Source: Chrysomallon squamiferum (lineage: Eukaryota; Animalia; Mollusca). From it: 64,000 nt of DNA. Numbering within the stretch: the first letter of the stretch is position 1; each line of letters begins with the position of its first letter. A program made the translations under genes and the position numbers. Positions 14,162 through 27,600 of this stretch are shown in pieces. Under the pieces are notes generated by a model. The model had not been told where the DNA came from. It was given only the letters and a program-made list of their open reading frames with translations, and did no database searches. The DNA is taken from the NCBI GenBank assembly GCA_012295275.1, contig CM022674.1:11036001-11100000 (forward strand). Direction: 5' to 3'.

Positions 14162-16693
14162 TAATAATAATATTACAACAATAATAATAATAATATAGAA
14201 ACACTTTAATATTTATTTTTTTGTATAAAATTTAAATTTGTCTTGTTAAATACATTTTTAATTGCATTTATTTTATTTTATATTTTTTTATGAATGTTGT
14301 TTATTTTTATTTATTTTATTTTATTTTATATTTTTTTATGTGTGTTTTTCAGACGAGTGTTCCTCCAGTGATGGCGTTCAACATGGGCTCTCTCGGGTTT
14401 CTCACTCCGTTTCAAATACAGGACTTCAAAGAAGAAATCTCCGCAGTGCTGGCAGGTAAAACAGGGCAGCTTACTCTGGGGGTGCTAGCAGGTAAAACAG
14501 GGCAGCTTACTCTGGGGGTGCTAGCAGGTAAAACAGGGCAGCTTACTCTGGGGGTGCTAGCAGGTAAAACAGAGCAGCTTACTCTGGGGGTGCTAGCAGG
14601 TAAAACAATGGCAGCTTACTCTGGGGGTGCTAGTAGGTAAAATGGCAGCTTACTCTGGGGGTGCTAGCAGGTAAAACAGAGCAGCTTACTCTGGGGGTGC
14701 TAGCAGGTAAAACAGGGCAGCTTACTCTGGGGGTGCTAGCAGGTAAAACAATGGCAGCTTACTCTGGGGGTGCTAGCAGGTAAAACAATGGCAGCTTACT
14801 CTGGGGTTGCTAAAAAACAATGGCAGCTTACTCTGGGGGTGCTAGCAGGTAAAACAATGGCAGCTTACTCTGGGGGTGCTAGCAGGTAAAACAGAGCAGC
14901 TTACTCTGGGGGTGCTAGCAGGTAAAACAATGGCAGCTTACTCTGGGGGTGCTTAACAGGTAAAAACAATGGCAGCTTACTCTGGGGGTGCTAGTAGGTA
15001 AAACGGCAGCTTACTCTGGGGGTGCTGGCAGGTAAAACAGAGCAGCTTACTCTGGGGGTGCTGGCAGGTAAAACAGGGCAGCTTACTCTGGGGTTGCTGG
15101 CAGGTAAAACAGAGCAGCTTACTCTGGGGGTGCTAGCAGGTAAAACAGGGCAGCTTACTCTGGGGGTGCTGGCAGGTAAAACAGGGCAGCTTACTCTGGG
15201 GGTGCTAGCAGGTAAAACAGGGCAGCTTACTCTGGGGGTGCCGGCAGGTAAAACAGAGCAGCTTACTCTGGGGGTGCTAGCAGGTAAAACAATGGCAGCT
15301 TACTCTGGGGGTGCTAGCAGGTAAAACAGGGCAGCTTACTCTGGGGGTGCTGGCAGGTAAAACAGGGCAGCTTACTCTGGGGGTGCTAGCAGGTAAAACA
15401 ATGGCAGCTTACTCTGGGGGTGCTAGTAGGTAAAACGGCAGCTTACTCTGGGGGTGCTGGCAGGTAAAACAGGGCAGCTTACTCTGGGGGTGCTGGCAGG
15501 TAAAAAACAGAGCAGCTTACTCTGGGGGTGCTGGCAGGTAAAACAGGGCAGCTTACTCTGGGGGTTGCTGGCAGGTAAAACAGAGCAGCTTACTCTGGGG
15601 GTGCTAGCAGGTAAAACAGAGCAGCTTACTCTGGGGGTGCTAGCAGGTAAAACAGGGCAGCTTACTCTGGGGGTGCTAGCAGGTAAAACAGGGCAGCTTA
15701 CTCTGGGGGTGCCGGCAGGTAAAACAGAGCAGCTTACTCTGGGGGTGCTAGCAGGTAAAACAGGGCAGCTTACTCTGGGGGTGCTAGCAGGTAAAACAGA
15801 GCAGCTTACTCTGGGGGGGTGCTAGCAGGTAAAACAAGGGCAGCTTACTCTGGGGGTGCTAGTAGGTAAAATGGCAGCTTACTCTGGGGGTGCTGGCAGG
15901 TAAAACAGGGCAGCTTACTCTGGGGGTGCTGGCAGGTAAAAAACAGAGCAGCTTACTCTGGGGGTGCTGGCAGGTAAAACAGGGCAGCTTACTCTGGGGT
16001 TGCTGGCAGGTAAAACAGAGCAGCTTACTCTGGGGGTGCTAGCAGGTAAAACAGAGCAGCTTACTCTGGGGGTGCTAGCAGGTAAAACAGGGCAGCTTAC
16101 TCTGGGGGTGCTAGCAGGTAAAACAGGGCAGCTTACTCTGGGGGTGCTGGCAGGTAAAACAGAGCAGCTTACTCTGGGGGTGCTAGCAGGTAAAACAATG
16201 GCAGCTTACTCTGGGGGTGCTAGCAGGTAAAACGGCAGCTTACTCTGGGGGTGCTAGCAGGTAAAACGGCAGCTTACTCTGGGGGTGCTAGCAGGTAAAA
16301 CGGCAGCTTACTCTGGGGGTGCTAGCAGGTAAAACAGGGCAGCTTACTCTGGGGGTGCTAGCAGGTAAAATGGCAGCTTACTCTGGGGGTTCTAGCAGGT
16401 AAAACGGCAGCTTACTCTGGGGGTGCTAGCAGGTAAAACGGCAGCTTACTCTGGGGGTTCTGGTAGGTGACAATAAATCAGGCTGAAATGAGGACAGAAT
16501 TTAGCATTTCACATACAAAGAGAAAATATCTAGAGTTTTAGAAGATATATATGCATATATAATGATGACCATTAGCAGCTTAAACATCATAATCATTGCT
16601 GTTTAACTGCTGCTTATTATTATTATTAGTGTTTATATATACATACATATATTATACTTATATACACACACTGTTGTTTGTTTACTTGTTGTT

Positions 16694-16724
<31 letters not shown>

Positions 16725-16822
16725 TGATTCTTATTCCTGTTGTTGCTCTCCTTCTTATTCTTCCTAATTAGTATTATTATTATCATTACCACAACCACTA
16801 CCATTGTTACTATTACTATTAC

Positions 16823-16869
<47 letters not shown>

Positions 16870-17944
16870 GTGACCACTATCACCATCATCATCATCATTA
16901 TTATATTTTTTTTTATTTATGTTTCTTTCAGGCAATGCCAGTCTGATTCTGCGGAATCGGTTGAAGTGTGTGGTGTGTAAGTGTAAACATGGCTCCTGCA
17001 ATGACATGCCACATGTCAAATTCATTGACACCATTCAGACCAACAGACATTTTCTTGAATGTGTTACGGTATGTACTGTCTTGTCATTTCAGCTTGTGTA
17101 TGTACAAGTTATCTAAATATATGTTTGTGTACTTTCATATTATTTGTTTTATTTCTTAAAATTGAAGATAAAATAATAAATTACTGCGGCATTTTCTGTG
17201 TTGGTAAATAAATGTTATAGAAAAATATTCTTTATTAATAATAAAGTATGGCAATAAAATAGCAACATCATTCACATTTTCTGTTATCTCTGTTATAGAT
17301 AACTATTCTTTTTCAATAATAAATATACAACAGTGAAGTAATGAAATCTAGACATGTTCTGTTTTATAATAACTTTTATAATCATTCTTTGTTAATAATT
17401 AACAGTATGGCATGTGATGCTGATCATTTGTTTAATAATTACTGTTACAGATAACAGTTCTTTGTTAATAATAAAGTAAAATAACTCATTAAATACAAAC
17501 ATTTTCTATTTTATCATAATTCTTACAGATGACTATAATTATAATAATATAAAATTGTTGTTGCCAGGTTCTGTGTGTTTTTATTCAATTATCATTTATT
17601 TTTAGCAAAGGTTTTTTGAAATATATATAAGTAAAATAACATGATATAAGTAGCATTGTTTATTTTATTTAAAGACAAAACATAAATTTCATAAGTTTTA
17701 CAAAGATACATTTTTTTAGAAACTCTTTTGTATGTACTGTCCTGTCATTTTTATTATTTTAATTGTTTCAGGTGTTAAATGAAGTTGTAGTTGACCGAGG
17801 TCCATCTCCATACCTGTCCAACATTGACCTTTATATTGATGGTCATATGGTCACTTCAGTTCAAGGAGATGGTAAATATAGACAGTATAAATACATGGAC
17901 ACATGCACACACACGCACACACATACATGCACACACACGCACAT

Positions 17945-18025
<81 letters not shown>

Positions 18026-20126
18026 AATTATGAAATACCACACCAAAATAATTAAATGTGAAAATCAATTCAAATATTCTCATGTTTCAGGAAATCCTGG
18101 ATATTTATTTATTTATTTATTTATTTGTTCATTTTACATTTTTATTCCTTTATTTTGTTTATTAATTATTTATTTATTTGATTTTTTGTTTATTTATTTA
18201 TATGTTTATATATATAATTTTTATGATTTTATATATTTGTTTGTGTGTTAACTGTATTTATTTATGTTATTTATTCATTTCTTTAATTTATTATTTATTT
18301 ATTCATCATTACCAATTATTTCATGTGGTTTTTTTTAAATTTATTTATTTATTTTTTAATTTTATTTTCAGGTTTGATAATTTCGACCCCCACGGGGAGT
18401 ACAGCGTATGCAGTGAGTGCAGGGGCATCCATGGTGCACCCCTGTGTCCCCTGCATCCTAATCACACCCATCTGTCCCCACTCCCTCTCCTTCAGACCTG
18501 TCATAGTACCTGCTGGTGTCGAGATCAAGGTAATCTGTTATAACAGTAGTAGTGGTAGTTGTAGAAGTAGATGTAGTAGTTGTCATAGTAGTTGTAGCAG
18601 TGGTAGTAATAGTAGCAGAAGCAGGAGTAATAGCAGTAGTAGCAATAGTAGCAGATGTATTGTAGTAGGAGTAGTAGTGGTAGTAATAGTAGTCATAATA
18701 TACTATTAATATTATTATTATTATTATCATCATTATTGTTATAATATTAGTATGATTGTAACAGTAGTAGAAGTAATTTTATTAGTAGATGTAACAGTAA
18801 TAGTAGTATAGCAGTAGTCATATTTGTAGCAGCATTTGTCTTAGTTATAGTATATGTACACTATTGTCCAAATTATTCTAATTGTGTCTGTTTGTATGTG
18901 AATGTATGTGTGGTTATATGTACATATGTGTCTGTGTGTGTGTGTATTAATGTTTATGTTAGTGTTTGTGTGTGTGCATATGTGTTTGTGTGGATGTATA
19001 TGTATGTGTGTGTATTTAATGTTTGTGTTAGTGTGTGTGTATGTGTGTGTGTCTGGTTAAATTTCTGTCTGTATATATGTATGTATACAGGTAGGCAGAC
19101 TAAGGTGGGTTTGTGAAATGATTTTGCCAGCCAACCTAAAGAGATCAATGTTAGTTATTTTTTTTCAAAACACTGTTGTTTGCATTATTCTCCTGTTTCT
19201 TCTTATTATTGTTATTGTTATTATTACTCTATGTTGTTGTTGTTGTTGTTATTGTTATTATTACTCTATGTTGTTGTTGTTGTTGTTATTGCCACAGATA
19301 ATGGTGTCACCAGACGCTCGACATAATGCCTGGGTTTCATTTGATGGGAGAAACAGACACGAAATTAAACAAGGAGACAGGTAAACAGTTATTTCTTAAT
19401 TACAGGTAACACACAGTCAGTTCATTAATTCAGGTGTGCTGTTTGTATTTTTCAGTGTTCACAAAACCCACTCCTAAGTACCCACATTTTTCTCATTTCA
19501 ATATTATGTTATCAGTTGTAATGTTTTTCAGTGTTATATATCCTGTTTTATGTACACACTTTTAAACATCTTCCAGTACCTACTTTTTTCTTTTTTTCAA
19601 ATAATGTACCCACTTTGTTTTTTGTACTATGTACCTACATCTGTGTTTTTTATAATCCACTTTGTTGTGTGTTTCAGTGTTTGAATAATGACTGCTGTTT
19701 ACCCACTTTGTTGTGTGTTTCAGTGTTTGAATAATGACTGCTGTTTACCCACTTTGTTGTGTGTTTCAGTGTTTGAATAACGACTGCTGTTTACCCACTT
19801 TGTTGTGTGTTTCAGTGTTTGAATAACGACTGCTGTTTACCCACTTTGTTGTGTGTTTGAATAATGACTTCTGTTTACCCACTTTGTTGTGTGTTTCAGT
19901 GTTTGAATAAAGACTGCTGTTTACCCACTTTGTTGTGTGTTTCAGTGTTCGAATAACGACTGCTGTTTACCCACTTCCCTCTATATGTGCGAAGGACCAG
20001 GTAGAGGACTGGTTTGCAGGACTGGCTGACTGTCTACACTGGAACATCCGCAGACCTCAGAAGAGTCTTTCGTCAGGACAGAGTGCTGCCAGCCTAGAGC
20101 TGTTTGACACCGAGTTCCTCAATTAA
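11782..20126 (+). CDS. NADK: Cytosolic NAD+ kinase, 9 coding exons (5' end upstream or alternative)
   Basis: Exons 11782-11911, 13364-13469, 13584-13669, 14353-14455, 16932-17068, 17772-17871, 18372-18529, 19298-19380, 19946-20126. All introns are GT-AG and phases add up. Spliced product has the NADK motifs [75 protein letters not shown] and [11 protein letters not shown]. Confidence 0.97.
14446..16468 (+). repeat. 36-bp minisatellite (about 56 copies) spanning the NADK exon/intron donor
   Basis: Unit gtgctagcag|gtaaaacagggcagcttactctgggg is the last 10 exon nt plus the first 26 intron nt. Confidence 0.97.
17900..18023. repeat. (CA)n microsatellite
   Basis: Direct inspection. One of many CA, TAA, CT and TTTA tracts in the window. 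Confidence 0.95.
19657..19976 (+). repeat. 46-bp tandem repeat (7 units) spanning the NADK last-exon acceptor
   Basis: Unit ccactttgttgtgtgtttcag|tgtttgaataa(t/c)gactgctgtttac. The last unit is the true exon start. Confidence 0.96.
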
Positions 20127-20984
20127 CCTTCACTTTGCCTTTAGTGAACAAAACTACTTCAATAGCTTTTAAATTTTAAATTTAAAATCTCTTTCAGTTG
20201 AATACATTTCTTTCAAATTTCTGAAAATAATTTAAAAAGATTTTTAATAGTCGTGTAATAAAAATGTTTCTCAAAGTTAATGAAAAATGTATTTCAGTTT
20301 TTGTGAAATGAATATAGATATAATTTACAAATTTCTCAAAATTATTGAAAACATTTTAGTTTGTTCATAGATTATTGTGTCTTTCAACTTGACGTAGTTA
20401 ATTAATATATCTTTCAGCTTTCACATAATTAATGAAAATATATTTTAATATTGTCACAATATGAACACGTTATTTTACTCTCACAGTTACAGAAATCATT
20501 TTAAACTTTCACATAGCAAAAACTTTCAGCTCTGTCACATTTCATAATTAATCAAAATATATTTCACACAGTTTTTGAAAACTTCTTTAAAACTTAGACA
20601 TAATTAATGAAATGATTCAGTTTTCTGAATACTGGCTTAATTTAAAAAAAAACAAAAACAGAAATAATATACATTGTAATTGTTAGTTTTATAATTGTAT
20701 TGATTATTCTAAATTGTCCAAAAGTGTTTATGATAAAATAAAAACATATATATTTTTATCTCTTTCCTCCTTCACTGGACAAATTACTTCAGGGTGTATA
20801 AATATCTTGCTAAATATTTTACTGTTTTAACTGTTGTTGATTTTTGAAGTTGTTTTAATGTATGTTTTTTTCATCAGAAGAGTTTTTTAATATTTATGAA
20901 TAATAATAGTCATGTGTTACAGGGTCACTTCTAAGTAATGGAAAGTGTATGACTGCAAAATATATATATATATATACATATATA

Positions 20985-21086
20985 TGTGTGTGTTTGTGTT
21001 TGTGTGTATGTGTGTGTGTGTTTGTGCATGCTGTGTGTGTGTATGTGTGTGCCTGTGTGTGTCAGTGTGTGTGTGTGTGTGTGTGT

Positions 21087-21159
<73 letters not shown>
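20985..21159. repeat. (GT)n microsatellite downstream of the NADK stop
   Basis: Direct inspection. Confidence 0.95.
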
Positions 21160-21161
<2 letters not shown>

Positions 21162-21468
21162 CTTGCATGTATGCATGGTTAAGTTATTAATTTGGATTAA
21201 GTGAGTAATGAAATGTTTATCTGGCAGTAAATTCTATTTTAATTCATTTGGTTTAATTAAATGTGAAAATTAATTATTGATAAAATAAGCTGTTTTAATC
21301 TGATAATATTGTTTTATGAATTTTAACAATGATTAGCAAAATTGTGAAAATAAATATGTTTTTAGTCACATGTTACTTCCAAATACATAGAAAAGAATAT
21401 AAATAATAAAATTATAAATATATACTTAAATATCTGTGTGTGTGTTATTTTTGGACTTCAGATAGTTA

Positions 21469-21503
<35 letters not shown>

Positions 21504-24419
21504 CATATGAATACAAAATGTATACACACACATACATATGCACACAACATACATATTATGTAGGTATGTACATGAAATTATCAAGTTATTGACTTATAAT
21601 CTGCACTTGACTGCATAATATATCATAGCTATATATTTTGTATATGTGTATGTTATGTATCTGTGTGTATGTATGTGTATAGAGACACAAACACACATAC
21701 ACAAATAAAAAAACAAGACAGACAAAGGTTATATGCATTTGAGAAAACTTGTAGTTCAGATGATTACTGTATGTATGTTTATCTTGTTTTGAAGAAATAA
21801 CGTCTATAATACTGGACCAATGTTTTGTTTTGTTGTGTGTGTGTGTGTGTGTGTTGATTAAGTGTTCATATATATTTTTAAAGTAAAAATTTCCATGTGT
21901 AAATTTGATTTAATACTAATTTTAATGAATATAAATCAAACAAAATAGTCATGCAAATATTCTGATATATTTTTTAAATTATCTCTTAATTTTGTGATTT
22001 TAGTTTGTCAGTTAAAAAGTGAACTGTGTTTAACAAAACTGTCATAATATCATTGTCTTATTTTCACTGTAATGTTGCTACTGCTGGGTTGAAAAACAGT
22101 GAAAACTGAAAACTGACAACAGCAGTTTGTGTTTATGGTTGTCTTAACACAGAACAGTTTTATCTATAAAACAGGATAAAATACTTAAAAAATCCTTATA
22201 CAAGAGTGGTCTGAAAACTCAGGTTTCATTTCACTGTAGTTGTTAGATTGTGATGATTATAAATTATATTATTATTAATTAAAAGCAAATAAAATTTAGT
22301 AATATAGAAACAAATTATATTATTATTGATTAAAAATCAAATAAAAATGGTGATATCTCTTTTTCATTCTGTTTTTATGTGTGGGAGTGGTTGGCTGTCA
22401 GACTGCGTGTATTTTATTTGTGTGTTTATTTGTTTATGTTATATAATGTGGACCAATATTTTTAAAACTTATTTTTAACTGAGGCTACATTTTAAAATAA
22501 TTTCATTTTTAGCAAGAATATGATAAAAATATATCAACTTAGAAAAATATACCAAGAAATAGTGAAAATATGTCAAGAATATGATGGAATATAGCAAGAA
22601 AATGATGAAAATATATCAGGAACAGTATAAAAATATATCAAACATGGTGTCCTTAGTGTTTATCATCAGAATTTCAGTTTAAATAATAACAGATTATTTT
22701 TAAAAAATATAAATGTTCAAAAATTAAAAATTTATTTCAAAGTGAGTAAACAAATCACTCTATGAGGCTATTTGGGTAACACTGACAATTATTGTTTGTT
22801 AAATAAAACAAAGACAAAATATAAGTCTATAAACAAAATGGAGTTCAAGTGTATTTAGTTTAGTGTACATATCTTAATACTTCATAATTTGGTAGTGTTC
22901 ACTGTTCATAATATAAAAAATATAGTTCAAATTATACTGGCAAAATATATATTATTTCAGTTAAATTTGAATAAATATGTATTTACTAAATGTATGACCT
23001 CATTATATGTTACATAAAATATTGTTAGAAAAACAGGCATGTTTTATATAATATGTGTTGAAATGAAATAAATTTATTTTCTGTTTTCATAATATATTTG
23101 TTAAAACCTTTCTGTGAACACATTTTGAATTGTAAATATACTTTAGCCCAAAAGTGGCAGATTGAAATGTTCTTCAAATATTTGTTTTGTTGTTATTTTT
23201 ATTATTAATACCAAAATGTGTCTGTATGTACCAAAACTTGCTATGTGCATGTAAATACACACACACACCGAACATATACATGCACACTCAGACATACATA
23301 AACATTTCTTTTTTAAATTTCAAATCTTTATAAGATATAACGATTAAAGTTCATGTTTATTATTTTTTAAAACTTAAAATGTTTCTTAATTTGTTTCCTA
23401 TTTAGTTTGGTATCCAGGTTACTTGAGAAATTATAAAGAGATATTTTACTCTACAAATTTAATTTATCATTTCCCACAACTCATTTATCTCAGGATGTGT
23501 TTTCTAATCTTTGGGTAGGTGCATATAAAAAAATAATTCTTGCTATTTAATGAAAACAGTATAGAATTTTTGTGTTTTGGCAAAATGTTTCCTATCTCAT
23601 TATGTCTGTCATATTTAAACCACAGATTAAGAATATATCTGTAAATAAAATACTCCTGTTTGTGGGAAGGCACATATTAAAATACTTGTTTCTGCCTACT
23701 TTTGGAAGCTGGTCAGTTGTCATCTATAATATGCAATGGTAAATAATAATAGATTAAAACAGAGTTGAAAACATTGTTAAATAAAATATTTCTTTCTTTG
23801 ATTTGTTGTGTGTTTATGCTAAAAGAGACAGTTTAAATTTGTAATATGTAACAAAAACAGACCAAAACAATTTTTATTTTTATACTAATCATTAATCAGC
23901 CTAGGAAAGGAAAAAGAGTGTACAGTAAATTCATCTAGCAATTTAAAATTTTAAATTATGAAACAAACCACATATTAATTTTGTAAATTTTTTAATTTTA
24001 AAATATATATATAATATCACCTAAGCATATTAAATATTAGATTATTGTTAACATTTTAAAAATAGCCAAATATAAACTGTAATATAGGTTGTTAACTCCA
24101 CAATATCTTAATAATAAAGACATAATTGTATGTATATAAAATGTATCTGTTTATGAAACAAAAAGAAGTCTCTCCTTATAAAACAACATATAAAAAAGCA
24201 GTATATTTTAAATTTTTACATACTGGAATATTTTTATTGTATTAAAAACTTCAAAACAATGATAAATATGTTTAAAGTTTCATTTAAAAAGGTATATAGT
24301 TTATTATTATACACAGAAGCACAAAATTTTATTTAATACATATAAATCTCTCTCTCTCTCTCTCTCTGTGTATAAACATATATACAAAATATAAAAAGAT
24401 ATTCACACTGATACTATTA

Positions 24420-24552
24420 TGATACTGTTTTAAGATGGTACTAATATACTGTTGTAACAAGATACTAATACACTGTTGTAACATGATACTACACTGTTGT
24501 AACATGGTACTGATATACTGTTGTAACAAGATACTACTGGTACTGTGATACT
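24420..24552. repeat. About 26-bp tandem repeat just 3' of the RanBP2-like stop
   Basis: atactgttgtaaca(a/t)gatactaat, about 5 degenerate copies. Confidence 0.75.
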
Positions 24553-24603
24553 TCTAATTTATTATATGTAACTGAAACATCAACCCAAATCTTGCAGCTC
24601 ATT

Positions 24604-27600
24604 TTAATCCTCAAAGTACAGATCTTCCCTGTAGCACCCAATACAACCTTTACAGTGAGGTTTCTTTTCATACAGATAGAAACTGTCAGGTAGCAAAAAC
24701 TTCCTTGCTTTTTCCACTTGTTCTCTGGTGGCTTTTTCTTCATACAGGAATTCAACTTCTGTCTCAAACTCTTCTACACTATCAAAACTTTTAGCGTTTT
24801 CACTTATTGCATCATGTGTCCCAGTATTTTTACTTGTGTCATCATGTTCTCCAGTATTTTCCTCATCATATTCTCTGGTATTTTTACTGGTGTCATCATA
24901 TTCTCTGGTATTTTGACTGGTGTCATCGTATTCTCTGGTATTTTGACTTGTGTCATCACATTCTCTGGTATTTTGACTTATGTCATCATGTTCTCCTGTA
25001 TTTTTACTTGTGTCATCATGTTCTCTGGTATTTTTACTTGTGTCATCATGTTCTGTATTTTTGCTTATGTCATCATGTTCTCCTGTATTTTTACTTATGT
25101 CATCATGTTCTCCTGAATTTTTACTTGTGTCATCATGTTCTCCTGTATTTTTACTTATGTCATCATGGCCTCTGGTACTTTCACCATTCAGCATTTTTGA
25201 GAACTTCTTTCTGCATTTACTGAAATGTTTATTTGAGGCACCTGCACCTGTGAACACAAACACTGCAATTGGAGACTTTAACTCTCCAGTATTTTCACTT
25301 GAACCATCAAACTTAAATCCTCCAGTATTTTTACTTAAATAATCAAATTTCCACCCTCCAGTATTTTCACTTGGACCGTGTAACTTAAATCCTCCAGTAT
25401 TTTTACTTAAATAATCAAATTTCCACCCTCCAGTATTTTCACTTGGACCGTGTAACTTAAATCCTCCAGTATTTTTACTTAAATAATCAAATTTCCACCT
25501 CCAGTATTTTCACTTGGACCGTGTAACTTAAATCCTCCAGTATTTTTACTTAAATAATCAAATTTCCACCCTCCAGTATTTTCACTTGGACCGTGTAACT
25601 TAAATCCTCCAGTATTTTCACTTGGACCGTGTAGCTTAAATCCTCCAGTATTTTCACTTGGACCGTGTAGCTTAAATCCTCCAGTATTTTCACTTGGACC
25701 GTGTAGCTTAAATCCTCCAGTATTTTCACTTGGACCGTGTAGCTTAAATCCTCCAGTATTTTCACTTGGACCGTGTAGCTTAAATCCTCCAGTATTTTCA
25801 CTTGGACCGTGTAGCTTAAATCCTCCAGTATTTTCACTTGGACCGTGTAACTTAAATCCTCCAGTATTTTCACTTGGACCGTGTAGCTTAAATCCTCCAG
25901 TATTTTCACTTGGATCATTAAACTTCAACTTTCCAGTATTTTTACTTGTATCATGTAACTTCAATCCTGTGGTGTTTTTACTTGGATCATCAAACTTCAG
26001 CTCTCCAGCATTTTCACTTGAACCATGTAACTTCAACCCTCCAGTATTTTTACTTGAATCATGTAACTTTAATCCTGCACTATTTTTACTTGAATCATCA
26101 AACTTCAACTCTCCACTGTTATTACCTGGAACATGTAACTTCAATCCTCCAGTATTTTTACTTGAATCATCAAACTTCAACTCTCCAGTATTTTTATTTG
26201 AATCATCAAACTTCAACTCTCCAGTATTTTTACTTGAATCATCAAACTTCAACTCTCCAGTATTTTTACTTGAATCATCAAACTTCAACTCTCCAGTATT
26301 TTTACTTGAATCATCAAACTTCAACTCTCCAGTATTTTTACTTGGATCATCAAACTTCAATCCTCCAGTATTTTTACTTGAATCATCAAACTTCAACCCT
26401 CCAGTATTTTTACTTGAATCATCAAACTTCAATCCTCCAGTATTTTTACTTCGATCATCAAACTTCAACCCTCCAGTATTTTCACTTGGATCATCAAACT
26501 TCAACTCTCCAGTATTTTCTTTTGAATCATGTAACTTAAGTCTTCCAGCATTTTTACTTAAATCATCAAACTTCAACCCTCCAGCATTTTCACTTGAATC
26601 ACGTAACTTCAATCCTGCAGTAGTTTCACTTGAACCATGTAACTTCAACCCTCCAGCATTTTTACTTAAATAATCAAACTTCAACCATCCAGTGTTTTCA
26701 CTTGATCCATGTAACTTAAATCGTCCGGAATTTTTACTTAAATCATCAAATTTCAACTCTCCACTATTTTTACTTGAATCATGTAACTTAAATCCTGCAG
26801 TGTTTTTACTAGGATCATCAAACTTCAACCCTCCAGTAGTTTCACTTGACTCATCAAACTTCAATCCAGCAGTATTTTCTCTTGAATCTTGTAACTTAAA
26901 TCCTCCAGTATTTTTACTTGGTTCAAACTTCAACCCTCCAGTAGTTTCACTTGACTCATCAAACTTCAATCCAGCAGTATTTTCTCTTGAATCTTGTAAC
27001 TTAAATCCTGCAGTATTTTTGCTTGGCTCAAACTTCAACCCTCCAGTAGTTTCACTTGACTCATCAAACTTCAATCCAGCAGTATTTTCTCTTGAACCAT
27101 GTAACTTAAATCCTGCAGTATTTTTGCTTGGTTCAAACTTCAACCCTCCAGTAGTTTCACTTGACTCATCAAACTTCAATCCAGCAGTATTTTCTCTTGA
27201 ACCATGTAACTTAAATCCTGCAGTATTTTTGCTTGGTTCAAACTTCAACCCTCCAGTAGTTTCACTTGACTCATCAAACTTCAATCCAGCAGTATTTTCT
27301 CTTGAACCTTGTAACTTAAATCCTGCAGTATTTTTACTTGGTTTAAACTTCAACCCTCCAGTAGTTTCACTTGACTCATCAAACTTCAATCCACCAGTAT
27401 TTTCACTTGAACCATGTAACTTAAATCCTCCAGTATTTTTACTTGGTTCAAACGTCAACCCTCCAGTATTTTCACTGTGCTCTGCTAACTTCAAAATTCC
27501 AGTATTTTTATTTGCTCCTCCAGTTTTACTGCTTACTGCATCAACATCTTTTCTGCTGTAGATGAAGCTGCTGCTGCTGCTATATCTGTTTGTGTGTCCT

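Noticed and set aside
15022-16230. ORFs of repeated [12 protein letters not shown] as an independent repeat protein
   Set aside because: They lie inside the NADK intron array and are broken by frequent homopolymer frameshifts. Only the first four units are plausibly translatable, as exon extension.
25946-27561. Long plus-strand ORFs antisense to the RanBP2-like exon
   Set aside because: Expected by-product of a frame-preserving repeat that lacks stops. No ATG or splice support.
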